Below are positions 39,054 through 49,964 of a stretch of DNA of 64,000 nucleotides, piece by piece. The stretch comes from an uncultured delta proteobacterium (GTDB lineage Bacteria > Desulfobacterota > Desulfomonilia > UBA1062), in NCBI GenBank assembly GCA_963798485.1, contig CAWCTR010000004.1, positions 256,001-320,000 of the forward strand. The letters are read 5' to 3'. The position numbers were made by a program, and so were the translations under genes. Numbering within the stretch: position 1 is the first letter of the stretch; each line of letters begins with the position of its first letter. Below the pieces are notes generated by a model. That model was not told the origin of the DNA, ran no database searches, and saw only the letters and a list, made by a program, of their open reading frames with translations.

Positions 39054-41486
39054 TTAGAAGAAAGCCCCGACAGTGAAGTCCCACCGTGATGGTGATTCGT
39101 CAAGCACGGGGTGGATGACCTTTGCATACTCGATCCGTATCGGTCCCATGGGCGTCACCCACCTGATGCCCGCACCATACGACTTTTTCAGGTTTGTCAG
39201 GTCGACACCATGCTCATAGCCATTCCCCTCGTCATGGAAGATAACACCATAGAGCCCGGGGATCGGCCCGAGAGGGAAGGTGGTTTCGATATTCATTATT
39301 GCCATTTGTCTTCCCCCGATAATATTGCCCAGGCTGTCTCTCGGCCCGATTTGGCCTTCCTTGAAGCCTCGTATACTGGTCAATCCGCCCAGCGTGAATC
39401 GCTCATACTCAGGGAGCTCATAGCCGGGGGCGGGGTTCACTGTACCCCATCTCACCTTCAACATCAAGGCGAGTTTGTCGGTCCAGATGGGGAAGAACTT
39501 GGCGGCTGAAGCAGTCACTCTGGTGAAATGGAACGTACCTCCAAGCCCGGCATATTCAAAGGATGCACCGATGTCGGAACCTTGTGTGGGGCGGAAGTAG
39601 TCGTTGGTGGTATTACGGTAGAGGCTGTTTGTAACGCTGCTTGTGATACCGCCTGCGATCTCTTGGGCGGTCAGGGAGGGCAGGTAGGAGGCATCGATAT
39701 CCCTAAGCTTGGCGGTATCGTCGTAGGTATATGTAATACTATGACGTATCTTCTCGACGAGAGGATAGCTCATTCTTATATCCCCTCCCCTGCTTTCCTT
39801 GGTGTAGTAAAGGTATTCCTTGTCGGTATGGTAAAGAAGGGCGCCAAGCGATACCGGATGGTCCAGGAGCCAGGGTTCCTCAAAGTCCAAGGTATAGTTT
39901 TTCGTTTGCGGACCGTATTCCAAACTAGCCTTGCTCTTCAGTCCTTGGCCCAAAAGGTTTATCTCGCTTAGGGACAGGGTTCCCATGGGGCCGTCTTCCG
40001 TGGAGTAGGCCATACCAAAGGAGAAGGAGCCAGTAGTGGTCTCTTCCACGTCCACGTTAAGCGCCATGGTTTCATCATTTATCGGTATTGGGTCGATGTC
40101 TGCGGATTTGAAATATCCCAGTCTGTTCAGATTGTCTTTGCTGTCCTTGATGGCAGTGGAAGAGAATGGCTTCCCTTCTTCGAGCTCAAGCTCACGCCTG
40201 ATGACCTTATCACGGGTCTTGGTGTTGCCCTTGATCCGGATAGAGTCAATGGTTACCGGCTTGCCCTGGGTGACGTGAAAGGTTAAACCGATTTTGGTTT
40301 CTCCCTCCTCAATGGTTTCGGGTTTGATTTGGACATAGGCATAACCCTTGTCCATATATATGCCACGCAGGCGTTCGATGTTTTCCTGGATCTTGCTCTT
40401 GCTCATGACATCACCGGGTTTGAGCGTAATCTTTGAGAGGAGTTTCTCCTTGGGCTCTATGAGGTCACCTGATACATCGATCGCGCCTATGGTGAAGACC
40501 GGGCCTTCAAAAATAGGTATGGTAATGTAGATGCCGTCATCTTCCCTGATGTCGATCTTCGGCCTGCCCACCCTGGTCTGCATGTATCCGTTGTCTCCAT
40601 AGAACTGTTCAATCCTTAATAGATCGGTATCAAGTACGCTGTCCTGATAGGTGCCCTCATGACTGAAGATGCCCAGCAGCCAGCGTGTCGAGGTCTCCAT
40701 GATGCCTTTGATCTGGTGGGTGGAGAGATGCTCATTGCCGTCAAAGGAGATCTTCTCTATGTAGAGCTGCTTGTTTTCTGTGACGTTAAAGGTAAGATTG
40801 ATCCCTCCCTCGGTGGTGTTTGTCTCGGATTTGACATCGACCTGATAATAGCCCCTTTCACGATAAAGCCCCTTTATACGGTCGATGCTGGTCTTTAAAA
40901 GCCTGGTGTTCAAGATGTCGAACTTCTTCAGGCCGATGCCATCCAGGATCTCCTTCTCTTTGATCTCCTTGTTGCCTTTGACCTCAATCTTGATGATGAT
41001 GGGGTATTCCTTCACCATAAAGACCACTGCGTTGTCCTCGAGGGTGGCATCACACTTCTCAAAGTATCCCATGGAGTAGATCTCTTCGATATCTTTTTTG
41101 ATGGCGTTCTTATGGAGGATATCGCCTTTGGCGGTTTTTACGCGGAAACGGATTGCGTCGGCGCTTATGCGTGAATAGCCTTTGATGGTTACATCTTTGA
41201 TGATACAAACGCCCTTGAGCCTAAGGTAGCCGTCTGTGGCCTCGGTTATGCTCGCAGCGCTGTATCCCACCCCTGAGGGGTCTGTGACATGGTATACCCC
41301 TTCTTTCTGTTCAAGGGATAGTGCTGTAGATGAAGTGTCGGACAAGGTAATACAGGGGACGTCTATAAGATAATCTTTCACGGCCTTAACATTTGTCTTC
41401 ATCATAAACTGCTCGGCAAAGGCCGCAGAAGAAATGATCGTGAATAATATAAAGACAATCAAGCCGCTACTGCGCAGTTGGTTCAA
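39054..41486 (-). CDS. bamA: Outer membrane protein assembly factor BamA
   Basis: POTRA repeats ([17 protein letters not shown]), [23 protein letters not shown]-terminal Phe. Confidence 0.95.
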   Translation of the reverse strand: MNQLRSSGLIVFILFTIISSAAFAEQFMMKTNVKAVKDYLIDVPCITLSDTSSTALSLEQKEGVYHVTDPSGVGYSAASITEATDGYLRLKGVCIIKDVTIKGYSRISADAIRFRVKTAKGDILHKNAIKKDIEEIYSMGYFEKCDATLEDNAVVFMVKEYPIIIKIEVKGNKEIKEKEILDGIGLKKFDILNTRLLKTSIDRIKGLYRERGYYQVDVKSETNTTEGGINLTFNVTENKQLYIEKISFDGNEHLSTHQIKGIMETSTRWLLGIFSHEGTYQDSVLDTDLLRIEQFYGDNGYMQTRVGRPKIDIREDDGIYITIPIFEGPVFTIGAIDVSGDLIEPKEKLLSKITLKPGDVMSKSKIQENIERLRGIYMDKGYAYVQIKPETIEEGETKIGLTFHVTQGKPVTIDSIRIKGNTKTRDKVIRRELELEEGKPFSSTAIKDSKDNLNRLGYFKSADIDPIPINDETMALNVDVEETTTGSFSFGMAYSTEDGPMGTLSLSEINLLGQGLKSKASLEYGPQTKNYTLDFEEPWLLDHPVSLGALLYHTDKEYLYYTKESRGGDIRMSYPLVEKIRHSITYTYDDTAKLRDIDASYLPSLTAQEIAGGITSSVTNSLYRNTTNDYFRPTQGSDIGASFEYAGLGGTFHFTRVTASAAKFFPIWTDKLALMLKVRWGTVNPAPGYELPEYERFTLGGLTSIRGFKEGQIGPRDSLGNIIGGRQMAIMNIETTFPLGPIPGLYGVIFHDEGNGYEHGVDLTNLKKSYGAGIRWVTPMGPIRIEYAKVIHPVLDESPSRWDFTVGAFF

Positions 41487-42156
41487 GATGTCCCCCTTTC
41501 AATACAAGCACCTTGTCCATGGTGCGGGCAAGCTCCATATTGTGTGTGGCGATAATCAGCGTGACACAAAGCGTTGTCCGGAGTCCGGTGAAAAGCTCAA
41601 TGACCTTGTGGCCGGTCTCGCTGTCGAGGTCCCCGGTGGGCTCATCCGCCAGGATGATCCCGGGGGACATCATGAGGGAGCGGGCGATGGCGACCCGCTG
41701 TTGTTCTCCGCCCGAAAGCTCGCCGGGCTTATGGGTGCTCCTGCCCTTGAGCCCTACCAGGTCCAGCAGCTCTTCAGCGCGCCCTTTTATGGTACCGGAC
41801 ATATTCGAGGAGAGGAGTGCAGGGACCATCACATTCTCTAGGGCCGTGAACTCAGGGAGAAGATAGTGGAATTGAAACACAAACCCGATTTTCGTGTTCC
41901 TGAACCGGGCGATCTCGCGGTCCTTCATGGCTGAGATGTCGCTGGCGCCATAGACGATCTTACCTGAATCCGGCTTTTCCAGCCCACCAAGAAGGTGAAG
42001 CAACGTGCTTTTGCCTGACCCGGACGCCCCTACAATGGCAATACCTTCAGATTTATGAACATCGAGGTCAATGCCCTTGAGCACCTCAATGACCTCAGGC
42101 CCTTTGCGGAAGGACTTGTGGAGGTTCTCTATCGTGAGCACCACATTATCCTTCAT
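41467..42156 (-). CDS. lolD: Lipoprotein-releasing ABC transporter ATPase
   Basis: [41 protein letters not shown]. Confidence 0.92.
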   Translation of the reverse strand: MKDNVVLTIENLHKSFRKGPEVIEVLKGIDLDVHKSEGIAIVGASGSGKSTLLHLLGGLEKPDSGKIVYGASDISAMKDREIARFRNTKIGFVFQFHYLLPEFTALENVMVPALLSSNMSGTIKGRAEELLDLVGLKGRSTHKPGELSGGEQQRVAIARSLMMSPGIILADEPTGDLDSETGHKVIELFTGLRTTLCVTLIIATHNMELARTMDKVLVLKGGHLEPTAQ

Positions 42157-43378
42157 AACGGATTACCTCTACAGGGTCTTGCTTTGCAGCCTGCCTGGCC
42201 GGATAAATGGTTGCTAAGAACGACAGCAGGATAGATGCCAGCACGATCCATGTCACCTCTATGGCATCCACCTTGGTAGGCAGACCGGTGATATAATACA
42301 CGTCTTTGGGCATGACCTGGATATGGAATATGAATTCAACGGCGGCAACAACGGAATTCAGGTTGTCGGTAAGCAAAAGACCCAGCGCAAGCCCTGCAAT
42401 GGTGCCGGTGATGCCGATGGCCATGCCTACGGTAATGAAGATCTTCAGGATCTGCTCCGTTGTGGCGCCCATGGACTTCAAAATGGCGATCTCCTTACGC
42501 TTCTCCATGACCATCATGATGAGCGTGCTTATGATGCTGAAGGCGGCTACCAGGATGATGAACAGCAGGATGATGAACATGATGGTCTTCTCAAGCCGTA
42601 AGGCGGAAAACAGGCTCTTGTTCATATCCTTCCATGTCTTGGCCCAGAAACCTTCCTTCAGGTGTGAAAGGATGGTCTTGGAGATGGTATCGGCCTTGTA
42701 GATATCATCCACCTTGACCTCAACCCCTGAGGCCATGTCCAGCATGAACAGCTTTTTTGCCGCTTCGAGCGATATGTAGATCATGTTGCTGTCAAACTCG
42801 TACATGCCGGTGGAGAAGATACCCCGGACAATAAAGGTCATGGACTTGGGTATCATGCCAAGGGGGGTAATGGTGCCTGAAGGCGAGATCAGCGTCACGG
42901 CGTCCCCCAGGGTGACACCCGCGGAGGCAGCCAGCTCCGAACCGATCAGTACGCCCGTGTTACCCATATTGCTGGTGCCCTGCGTGATGATCTCCTTCAG
43001 GCGGATGACCTTGGAGGCGCTTTGCGGGACTATTCCCCTGATCACCGCCCCGGATATTCCTCCGGGGGCTGAAACCAGGCCCTGGGAGAGGATAAACGGT
43101 GTGGCGGCCACTACCCCCTTTACCTTCAAGGCCGCATCCATCACGGCCTTCGTATCGCTGATACCGCCCCTATAATGGGAGATGACGATGTGCGACTGGG
43201 TGCCCAGGAGCTTGGTCGTGATGTCGTCTTCAAACCCGTTCATCACGGAGAGCACGACGATCAGGGCCATGACGCCGATAGCGATGCCCACCACCGACAG
43301 GCCGGAGGTAAAGCTTATGAAGCCCTGGCTCTTCTTGGCCCGCAGATATTTTTTGGCAACGAGGAACTCGAATCTCAG
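42146..43378 (-). CDS. lolE: Lipoprotein-releasing ABC permease LolC/E (CTG start proposed)
   Basis: VLSVMNGFE, TGMYEFD, EIAILKSMGA, YPARQAA; in-frame N-terminus (L)RFEFLVAKKYLRAKKSQGFIS begins at CTG 43378, 7 nt after AAGGAG. Confidence 0.88.
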   Translation of the reverse strand: MRFEFLVAKKYLRAKKSQGFISFTSGLSVVGIAIGVMALIVVLSVMNGFEDDITTKLLGTQSHIVISHYRGGISDTKAVMDAALKVKGVVAATPFILSQGLVSAPGGISGAVIRGIVPQSASKVIRLKEIITQGTSNMGNTGVLIGSELAASAGVTLGDAVTLISPSGTITPLGMIPKSMTFIVRGIFSTGMYEFDSNMIYISLEAAKKLFMLDMASGVEVKVDDIYKADTISKTILSHLKEGFWAKTWKDMNKSLFSALRLEKTIMFIILLFIILVAAFSIISTLIMMVMEKRKEIAILKSMGATTEQILKIFITVGMAIGITGTIAGLALGLLLTDNLNSVVAAVEFIFHIQVMPKDVYYITGLPTKVDAIEVTWIVLASILLSFLATIYPARQAAKQDPVEVIRYEG

Positions 43379-44856
43379 GATGTCTCTCCTTTGCGAAGTA
43401 GCGGAAACAGGATGACATCCCTGATGGAGGGGCTGTCGGTCAGCAGCATGACGAGCCGGTCGATGCCGATGCCTTCGCCGGCAGCCGGAGGCATGCCGTA
43501 CTCAAGCGCCCTGATGTAGTCCTCATCCACCTCCGAGGACCCTTGTGTTTTATTGCGTACCTGTTCGACAAACCGCTCCTTCTGATCAAAGGGGTCATTC
43601 AGCTCGGAAAAGGCGTTGGCGATCTCGCGGCCTGTGATATAGAGCTCGAAGCGGTCAACGATGTCCGGGTCGTCGTTGTTTCTCCTGGATAACGGGGAGA
43701 CCTCCGTGGGGTAGGAGGTGATAAAGGTCGGCTCGATGAGTTTTTCCTCGGTTGTTGTCTCGAAGATGATGAGCTGGAGATCGCCCAGGGATTCGTTTCC
43801 GGCCAGCTCGATACCTGCGTTTGTGCAGAAGGCCCTGGCCTTATTCAGATCCTCCATGACCCCGGACTCGACCCCACCGACTTCACAGGCTGCTGCCTTG
43901 AGGGTATAGCGCTTCCATGGCGGCGTCAGATCGATGGTGGCGCCCTGGTAGGGGATGACGGTTGTGCCCAGCACATCTTTTGCCACCTTGGAGATCATAT
44001 CCTCGGTGAAGTCCATAAGATCGGTGTAATCTGCATAGGCCATGTAGAATTCCATCATGGTGAATTCAGGGTTGTGCCTTGTTGATATGCCCTCATTGCG
44101 GAAGTTCCGGTTGACCTCGTAGACCCTCTCGAAACCGCCGACTATTAGCCGTTTGAGATACAGTTCCGGCGCGATCCTCAAATAGAGGTCCATGTCGAGG
44201 GTATTGTGGTGCGTGAGGAAGGGTTTTGCCGTTGCCCCCCCCGGGATGCTCTGCATCATGGGGGTCTCCACCTCGATAAACGAGTGGGAGTCCATATACC
44301 TTCTCAGTGCGGTGATGATCTTTGTCCGTCTCAGGAAGGTCTCCTTCACCTCGGGGGAGACAAAGAGATCAACGTATCGCTGGCGGTATCTGGTCTCGAC
44401 ATCCTTCAGCCCGTGCCATTTCTCCGGCATGGGCCTAAACGACTTGGTAAGCAGCTCGAACCCCGACACATAGACGCTCAGCTCGCCGGTCCTGGTCTTG
44501 ACGGGCGTGCCCCACAACCCGATGATGTCGCCGATGTCGAGCTTCTTGAAGAGCTCGTAGGGCTCTTTGCCGAGCTTTGCCTCCTCGAAGAAGGCCTGGA
44601 GCCTACCGGAGTGGTCTAAAAAATGGATGAAGGAGGCCTTGCCGAACTTGCGGGCCGCCATGATCCTGCCGGCAAGGTGGTGTTCGGTCGTTATGTCATG
44701 AAGCTCTTCGGTGGGGCGTTCCTGGTATAGGGAGATAAAGGCGGAGATATCGGTGTCTTTCCGGTAGGTATTGGGGAAATGCTTGACGCCTGATTCCTGC
44801 TTCAATTGCTCGAACTTCTCTATCCGCTGGCGGATGAGGGGATTCAGATCTTCCAC
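43375..44856 (-). CDS. lysS: Lysyl-tRNA synthetase (class II)
   Basis: RYRQRYVDL, GGATAKPF, LRIAPELYLK, FRNEG...HNPEF, GIGIDRL; start placed at GTG 44856 after GGAG (track: 45075). Confidence 0.96.
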   Translation of the reverse strand: MEDLNPLIRQRIEKFEQLKQESGVKHFPNTYRKDTDISAFISLYQERPTEELHDITTEHHLAGRIMAARKFGKASFIHFLDHSGRLQAFFEEAKLGKEPYELFKKLDIGDIIGLWGTPVKTRTGELSVYVSGFELLTKSFRPMPEKWHGLKDVETRYRQRYVDLFVSPEVKETFLRRTKIITALRRYMDSHSFIEVETPMMQSIPGGATAKPFLTHHNTLDMDLYLRIAPELYLKRLIVGGFERVYEVNRNFRNEGISTRHNPEFTMMEFYMAYADYTDLMDFTEDMISKVAKDVLGTTVIPYQGATIDLTPPWKRYTLKAAACEVGGVESGVMEDLNKARAFCTNAGIELAGNESLGDLQLIIFETTTEEKLIEPTFITSYPTEVSPLSRRNNDDPDIVDRFELYITGREIANAFSELNDPFDQKERFVEQVRNKTQGSSEVDEDYIRALEYGMPPAAGEGIGIDRLVMLLTDSPSIRDVILFPLLRKGETS

Positions 44857-45007
44857 GTTCACATCTCCGTATGCTTCAAATTGAGCGCATATATAGTTAA
44901 TTTCCCGCACCGAGTCAATAAAACACCAATAAGGGCTGAAGAAGCAGCAGGTGATTCCTCTGGCGGAGCGTATGCCCTTCAGGTAAGATCGTATCGCTGG
45001 TATAATT

Positions 45008-45583
45008 ATGGGACTTTCGTCATTCGAAAAAGGTGTGCTCATAGATCTTGCCCGAAGCGCGGCAACGGCATTCATTCAAAAGGGCCTTTGTGATGAACAT
45101 GCCGTTGATATCGGGGGCCTGCCGAACTCCCTCATGGAAAAAAAAGGGCTCTTTGTGGCCATCTATAAACTCGGTGAGCCCAGAGGCTGCATGGGCACCA
45201 TCCTCCCCGTGCTGCCCATATGGCAGGCATGTATGGTAAACGCCCGTAGCGCCGCATACAAGGATCCCCGGTTTGTGCCGCTTGCCATTCATGAACTGGG
45301 CCATATCAGCTTCGAGATTACCCTGGTAGACAGGCTAAGACCCTTCTCAGACATCTCTCAGCTTGAAGAAGGCATCCATGGCCTCATCCTCACAAAGGGC
45401 TTCCACAGGGGGGTGTTCCTGCCGGGATCGATCAAAGATCTGCCTCACGATATTGAGGAAATCTTCACGAGGCTGCGGGCTAAAGCGGACATGAACGATG
45501 ATGACCCAAACGCACCCGAACAGTGGGAGCTCTTCGATGCCGAGGTTATATCGGAGAGAACAACGGATGATGGGCGCAGGTGA
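45008..45583 (+). CDS. AMMECR1-domain protein (AmmeMemoRadiSam protein A-like)
   Basis: GLFVAI...PRGCMG, AAYKDPRF.PL, G.HGLIL, GVFLP. Confidence 0.85.
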   Translation: MGLSSFEKGVLIDLARSAATAFIQKGLCDEHAVDIGGLPNSLMEKKGLFVAIYKLGEPRGCMGTILPVLPIWQACMVNARSAAYKDPRFVPLAIHELGHISFEITLVDRLRPFSDISQLEEGIHGLILTKGFHRGVFLPGSIKDLPHDIEEIFTRLRAKADMNDDDPNAPEQWELFDAEVISERTTDDGRR

Positions 45584-45741
45584 TCAGGATTTAGGTTATG
45601 AGAGGGTCCCTGGGTTTACTATGGATAACAAGTTTGCTCTAACCTTAGAGATGGTGAACCGAGAGATCGATCTAAAAAGACATATAAGATCAATCAGGAT
45701 GATGGAAACATTATTCCATTATTATAGAATAAAATTACTAT

Positions 45742-45827
45742 AATCAGTAGGTTACATAATTGGAATCTGCATATTCCGTCAAAATCACTGCAAAATTAAA
45801 AAATGCCTACTTGGTATTATTTTTGCT
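45742..45827 (+). promoter_or_regulatory. sigma54 promoter with upstream IHF site
   Basis: TGGTAT-TATTT-TTGCT at 45812-45827 (GG-N10-GC); AATCAG-TAGG-TTA at 45742-45754 fits WATCARNNNNTTR. Confidence 0.6.
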
Positions 45828-45909
45828 TTATAATTTTATGTAGAAATTTAATCTGCTTAAAATCATCTTAGACATATCAACCAGATCCATATTAAAGAGG
45901 AGGTTCCTA

Positions 45910-47721
45910 ATGAAAGTACTAAAAATATGCGCATGGGTCGGAATTTCTTTACTTATACTATTCACCAGTGCCTGTATCTTGGGAAACGTTTCCATAACTA
46001 TCCTGCAGACATCGGATCTCCATCACCATGCCAGTGGGTATGGACCGTTTCACGATTACACCCCCTTAAATACCGCCGATAACGATCAGGTTCTCGGTGG
46101 CTATTCAAGGTTGGCCACCCTTATCAATAAAATACGCGCAGAGCAGGCTGCAAATCAGATTCCGGTATTGCTCTTTGATTCGGGTGATTATTTCATGGGG
46201 ACAGTTTATGATATGACTGCCGCTGATACAACAAACGGCCCCGCTGCCCTCAATTTTTTCACTCGAATGAAATACGATGCCGTCACCCTGGGCAATCATG
46301 AGTTTGACTGGTCCAGCGCGGGCCTATATCAGCTTTTGAACAATGGGAAGAATGCAGGATTTAATGTTCCGGTTGTTGCAAGCAATACGAATATTCCTCC
46401 ATCCAACCCACTTCAGCTTCTTGTTGCTTCTGGTGTTATTGTGAATAAAAAGATCATACAGCTTCCCTATGGTGCGAAGATCGGCGTTCTAGGACTTATG
46501 GGTCCGAATGCCGCTTCGGATGCACCGGCAGCATCACCTGTGACTTTTGACCATGTATACTCTGATATTCAGACACTAGTGGATAACCTGAGGAACAATG
46601 ATTGTGCTCAGGTTGTCATCGCCTTGTCCCATGGCGGCATCAATAACCCTAGCAGCAGCACTCCATACCCTACCGGAGATGATGTTGATTTGGCCAACAA
46701 CGTCACTGGGATCAATGTAATCTGTTCAGGTCATTACCATACTGCAACCCCATCTGCTTATGTCGTGGGGCCCTCGAAAACCATAATCTATGAACCGGGC
46801 GGATATGGTGAGTATCTCAGTAGGATAGATATTACCTACAATTATTTTCTGGGTAAGATCGTTAATTACAAATATACTCTTATACCGGTAAATGACACAG
46901 TTCTGGGGAATCAAGATGTACAAACAATGGTAGACCAGTACAGCACAGAGTTAACTGCAATACTGCATAGCAAAAACCTTCCTGGACTGGGAGATCCGGT
47001 CGCGAGCACCACCTTTGACCTGGAAGAAGCCCCGTTCCAGGTAACCGGCCTCGGCAGTCTTGCAGCGGATTCCATCCGTGCCGTAGCCAACCAACTGGCG
47101 CCACTAAATGGGGGGGCCTTTGATATTGGTGTTGTTCCCAGTGGTGTAATTCGTGACGGCATCTATAAGGGAAAAACAGGTGTAGTCACGTTCTCAGATG
47201 CGTACAATATGCTCCCGCTCGGCATATCTCCGAAAGACCAATCCATCCCTGGTTATCCGCTCATGTCAGTCTATGCCACTGGACAGGATGTTTATACCAT
47301 CTGCGAGGTTGGACTCTCTCTTTCTCAACTGCTGGGTTCCGATTACTATTTGAATTTCTCAGGACTCAAGATTGACTATGACCCAATACAGGGAGTTCAG
47401 GCGGTCTATGAATATGCTCCTAGCGACACCTTCTGCTCGGGTCCCGCGACCTTTATTGATCCCTCAGACACCACCAAGTTGTACCATATCGTGGTGGACT
47501 ATTATGCACTCGAAATGTTGTATGTGGTGAATGGTTACATTGATTTATATAACTTACCTATTCCTCACATCAATCCGCAGAATGCTTCGTTCATTGCTAG
47601 AGATTTAGCCGGGGACGAACTCAAGGAATGGATGGCGCTGATGAATTTCCTCCCTGTGTTAGGGAGCATTCCATCCAATATATACGGCCCACAAGGCATT
47701 GCCCTAGGTCGGGTTTACTGA
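45910..47721 (+). CDS. Bifunctional metallophosphatase/5'-nucleotidase, probable lipoprotein
   Basis: TSDLH, DSGD, LGNHEFD, LSH, SGHYH metallophosphoesterase motifs; C-terminal GVIRDGI...LPLG domain; LFTSAC lipobox. Confidence 0.9.
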   Translation: MKVLKICAWVGISLLILFTSACILGNVSITILQTSDLHHHASGYGPFHDYTPLNTADNDQVLGGYSRLATLINKIRAEQAANQIPVLLFDSGDYFMGTVYDMTAADTTNGPAALNFFTRMKYDAVTLGNHEFDWSSAGLYQLLNNGKNAGFNVPVVASNTNIPPSNPLQLLVASGVIVNKKIIQLPYGAKIGVLGLMGPNAASDAPAASPVTFDHVYSDIQTLVDNLRNNDCAQVVIALSHGGINNPSSSTPYPTGDDVDLANNVTGINVICSGHYHTATPSAYVVGPSKTIIYEPGGYGEYLSRIDITYNYFLGKIVNYKYTLIPVNDTVLGNQDVQTMVDQYSTELTAILHSKNLPGLGDPVASTTFDLEEAPFQVTGLGSLAADSIRAVANQLAPLNGGAFDIGVVPSGVIRDGIYKGKTGVVTFSDAYNMLPLGISPKDQSIPGYPLMSVYATGQDVYTICEVGLSLSQLLGSDYYLNFSGLKIDYDPIQGVQAVYEYAPSDTFCSGPATFIDPSDTTKLYHIVVDYYALEMLYVVNGYIDLYNLPIPHINPQNASFIARDLAGDELKEWMALMNFLPVLGSIPSNIYGPQGIALGRVY

Positions 47722-47750
47722 ACTAATCCGCAAAATGAACGAGGTGTAGA

Positions 47751-47801
47751 GAATATCCTTCGCTCCTGACATAAACCCCTTGTCAGGAGCGAAGGATATT
47801 C
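47751..47801. repeat. Perfect 21-bp inverted repeat (hairpin)
   Basis: GAATATCCTTCGCTCCTGACA-TAAACCCCT-TGTCAGGAGCGAAGGATATTC. Confidence 0.9.
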
Positions 47802-48036
47802 ATACTTTCATGATCATCTGATTAATCCTTTGATGAATTACTTGATGTGGAAGCAAAGATCCACGAGAGATCAGCTATCTCAATCTCTTACTATCAACCG
47901 TTGATTCCTTCGATTAAATCAATTGTCTCCAGATATAATCCACACTCAAAATTACGGCTCAAAGCAGCGAACATTGATATGAGGAAATACCGGATGGAGC
48001 AGGGGCACGTAATCCGGCCGGAAGCAGCAATCAGAT

Positions 48037-48070
48037 AAAAAAAGGGAGGGAACTTTTGGTTCCCTCCCTT
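48037..48070 (-). terminator. Intrinsic terminator of the acyl-CoA dehydrogenase gene
   Basis: Minus strand AAGGGAGGGAAC-CAAAA-GTTCCCTCCC followed by a T7 tract. Confidence 0.85.
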
Positions 48071-48092
48071 GGCGTTTAAAGTAAAGGCTTAC

Positions 48093-49916
48093 TTAGATGG
48101 CGAATGCCTCGTCCGGGATCCTCACGCAGCTGATCTCGTCCTTGGTGAGTGTTTCGCACTTGGCAGGGACAAGGGCAGTGATCCTGTTGATGTAGAACTT
48201 GGCGCCCTCGACCTTACCTGTGTAGAACATCTTTTCTTTCTCGATTGGGTTGGCTGCAAGCTTTTCGGTGGCGACGTTGGCCATCCAGATATGGAACCAG
48301 CCGCAGATGGCCTCGGCAAGGCAGTTGAGGAAATCACATGCTGCGATGAGCGGGATGAACGGGTTCGACCTGATGAGCTGGCTGAACTGCATGGCGGTTC
48401 CTGCGCATGCATTGAGCGCCTTCTCAACGATCTCGGCCTCGGCCTTCAGGTTGTCGTTGCCCTTGGCCTTGGCGACCTCGGCCTGGGTCTCGCCCAGCAT
48501 GGTCATAAAGTACAGGCCCTTTTTCATACCCAGCTTCCTGCCTAAGAGGTCGAGTGCCTGGATGCCGTTGGTGCCTTCGTAGATGCCGTTGATCCTGTTG
48601 TCCCTCATCATCTGCTCAACCGGGTACTCACGGCAGAAACCGTAACCGCCGTAGGTCTGGACTGCCAGGGAGGTGACCACATCGCCCATGTCGGTGCAGT
48701 AGGCCTTCACAATGGGGGTGTACATCTCGATCATGCCCTGCCATTTGTCCTTCTCCTGATCAGTAGTGGCAACCTTCAGCCTGTCCATGGCATAGTAGCA
48801 GTACAGGGCCAGGATCTTGATGGCCTCGGTGATGGACTTCATCTTGAGCAGCATCCTGCGGATGTCTGGGTGCTGGATGATGGGGCACTGCTTTGCGTTC
48901 GGGTCTTTCATCTGCATGATGTTCACGCCCTGCATGCGTTCTTTCGCATAGGACAGCGCGTGGAGGTATGCTGTGGTCGACAGTGCGACACCCATGGTGC
49001 CCACGCCTTGGCGCTCTTCGTTCATCATCTGGAACATGATCGGCATGCCCTGGCGCTCCTCACCCATGAGGTAGCCGATGCACTTGCCGTTTTCACCGAA
49101 GTTGAGCGTTGCGGTTGCGTTGCCGTGGATACCCATCTTGCTCTCGATGCCGCCGCAGTTCATGTCATTGGGCCCGCCCAATGAACCATCCGGGTTTATC
49201 ATGACCTTGGGGACTACGAAGATGGAGATACCCTTGGTGCCGGCCGGGTCGCCCTCGATCCTGGCAAGGACCGGGTGGATGATGTTCGGGGTCAGGTCAT
49301 GGTCGCCGGCGGAGATGAAGCACTTGGTTCCTGTGATGGAGAATGTCCCATCGGGATTTCTCTTGGCTGTAGTCTTGAGAGCACCAACGTCGGAGCCTGC
49401 GCCGGGCTCGGTGAGGCACATGGTGCCGGCCCACTCGCCGGAGAACATTTTTTCAAGGATGATGTCTCTCAGGGGGTGCCGGAAGTGGTCCTCAATAAGT
49501 CTGGCTGCGCCATGGGTAAGACCGGGATACATGAGAAATGCCTGGTTGCCTGCAAGGAACATCTGGGCACATACGGCAGCGATGAGTGCCGGGAAGCCCT
49601 GACCGCCGACCTCTGGGCTGTCGGACACGCTCATCCATCCGCCTTCGCAGTAGGTCTTATACACCTTGTGGTATGATTCGGGGGCATAGACCTTGCCGTC
49701 CTTGAAGACTGCCTCAACCGGCTTTCTCTGGACCTCATCAGGATACGTGGGTGCAATATCATTCTCGGTGAATTTTGCAGCCTGCTCGAGGACCATGTTC
49801 ACCATATCGGCGTCGTGATCTGCAAACGGACCTTTGCCAAGGATCTCCTTGCCAATCTCGAAGACCTCGTGCAGTATGAATTTGAGATCCCTCTCGTCTA
49901 CCCATTGACTTGCCAT
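48093..49916 (-). CDS. Acyl-CoA dehydrogenase (long FadE5-like type)
   Basis: GTMCLTEPGAGSD, GTKCFIS, GISIF, KMGIHG, QTYGGYGF, IYEGTNGIQALDL. Confidence 0.94.
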   Translation of the reverse strand: MASQWVDERDLKFILHEVFEIGKEILGKGPFADHDADMVNMVLEQAAKFTENDIAPTYPDEVQRKPVEAVFKDGKVYAPESYHKVYKTYCEGGWMSVSDSPEVGGQGFPALIAAVCAQMFLAGNQAFLMYPGLTHGAARLIEDHFRHPLRDIILEKMFSGEWAGTMCLTEPGAGSDVGALKTTAKRNPDGTFSITGTKCFISAGDHDLTPNIIHPVLARIEGDPAGTKGISIFVVPKVMINPDGSLGGPNDMNCGGIESKMGIHGNATATLNFGENGKCIGYLMGEERQGMPIMFQMMNEERQGVGTMGVALSTTAYLHALSYAKERMQGVNIMQMKDPNAKQCPIIQHPDIRRMLLKMKSITEAIKILALYCYYAMDRLKVATTDQEKDKWQGMIEMYTPIVKAYCTDMGDVVTSLAVQTYGGYGFCREYPVEQMMRDNRINGIYEGTNGIQALDLLGRKLGMKKGLYFMTMLGETQAEVAKAKGNDNLKAEAEIVEKALNACAGTAMQFSQLIRSNPFIPLIAACDFLNCLAEAICGWFHIWMANVATEKLAANPIEKEKMFYTGKVEGAKFYINRITALVPAKCETLTKDEISCVRIPDEAFAI

Positions 49917-49964
49917 AATACCCTCCTTACAGGATTATCTTGATTTTCTTTATTGTCTTGCCAT

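Noticed and set aside
44857-45075. N-terminal extension of LysS in the ORF track
   Set aside because: Overlaps the divergent AMMECR1 gene and promoter; an RBS supports GTG 44856
47847-48038. 63-aa ORF after the nucleotidase
   Set aside because: No RBS and no motif; sits in an AT-rich spacer between terminator-like structures
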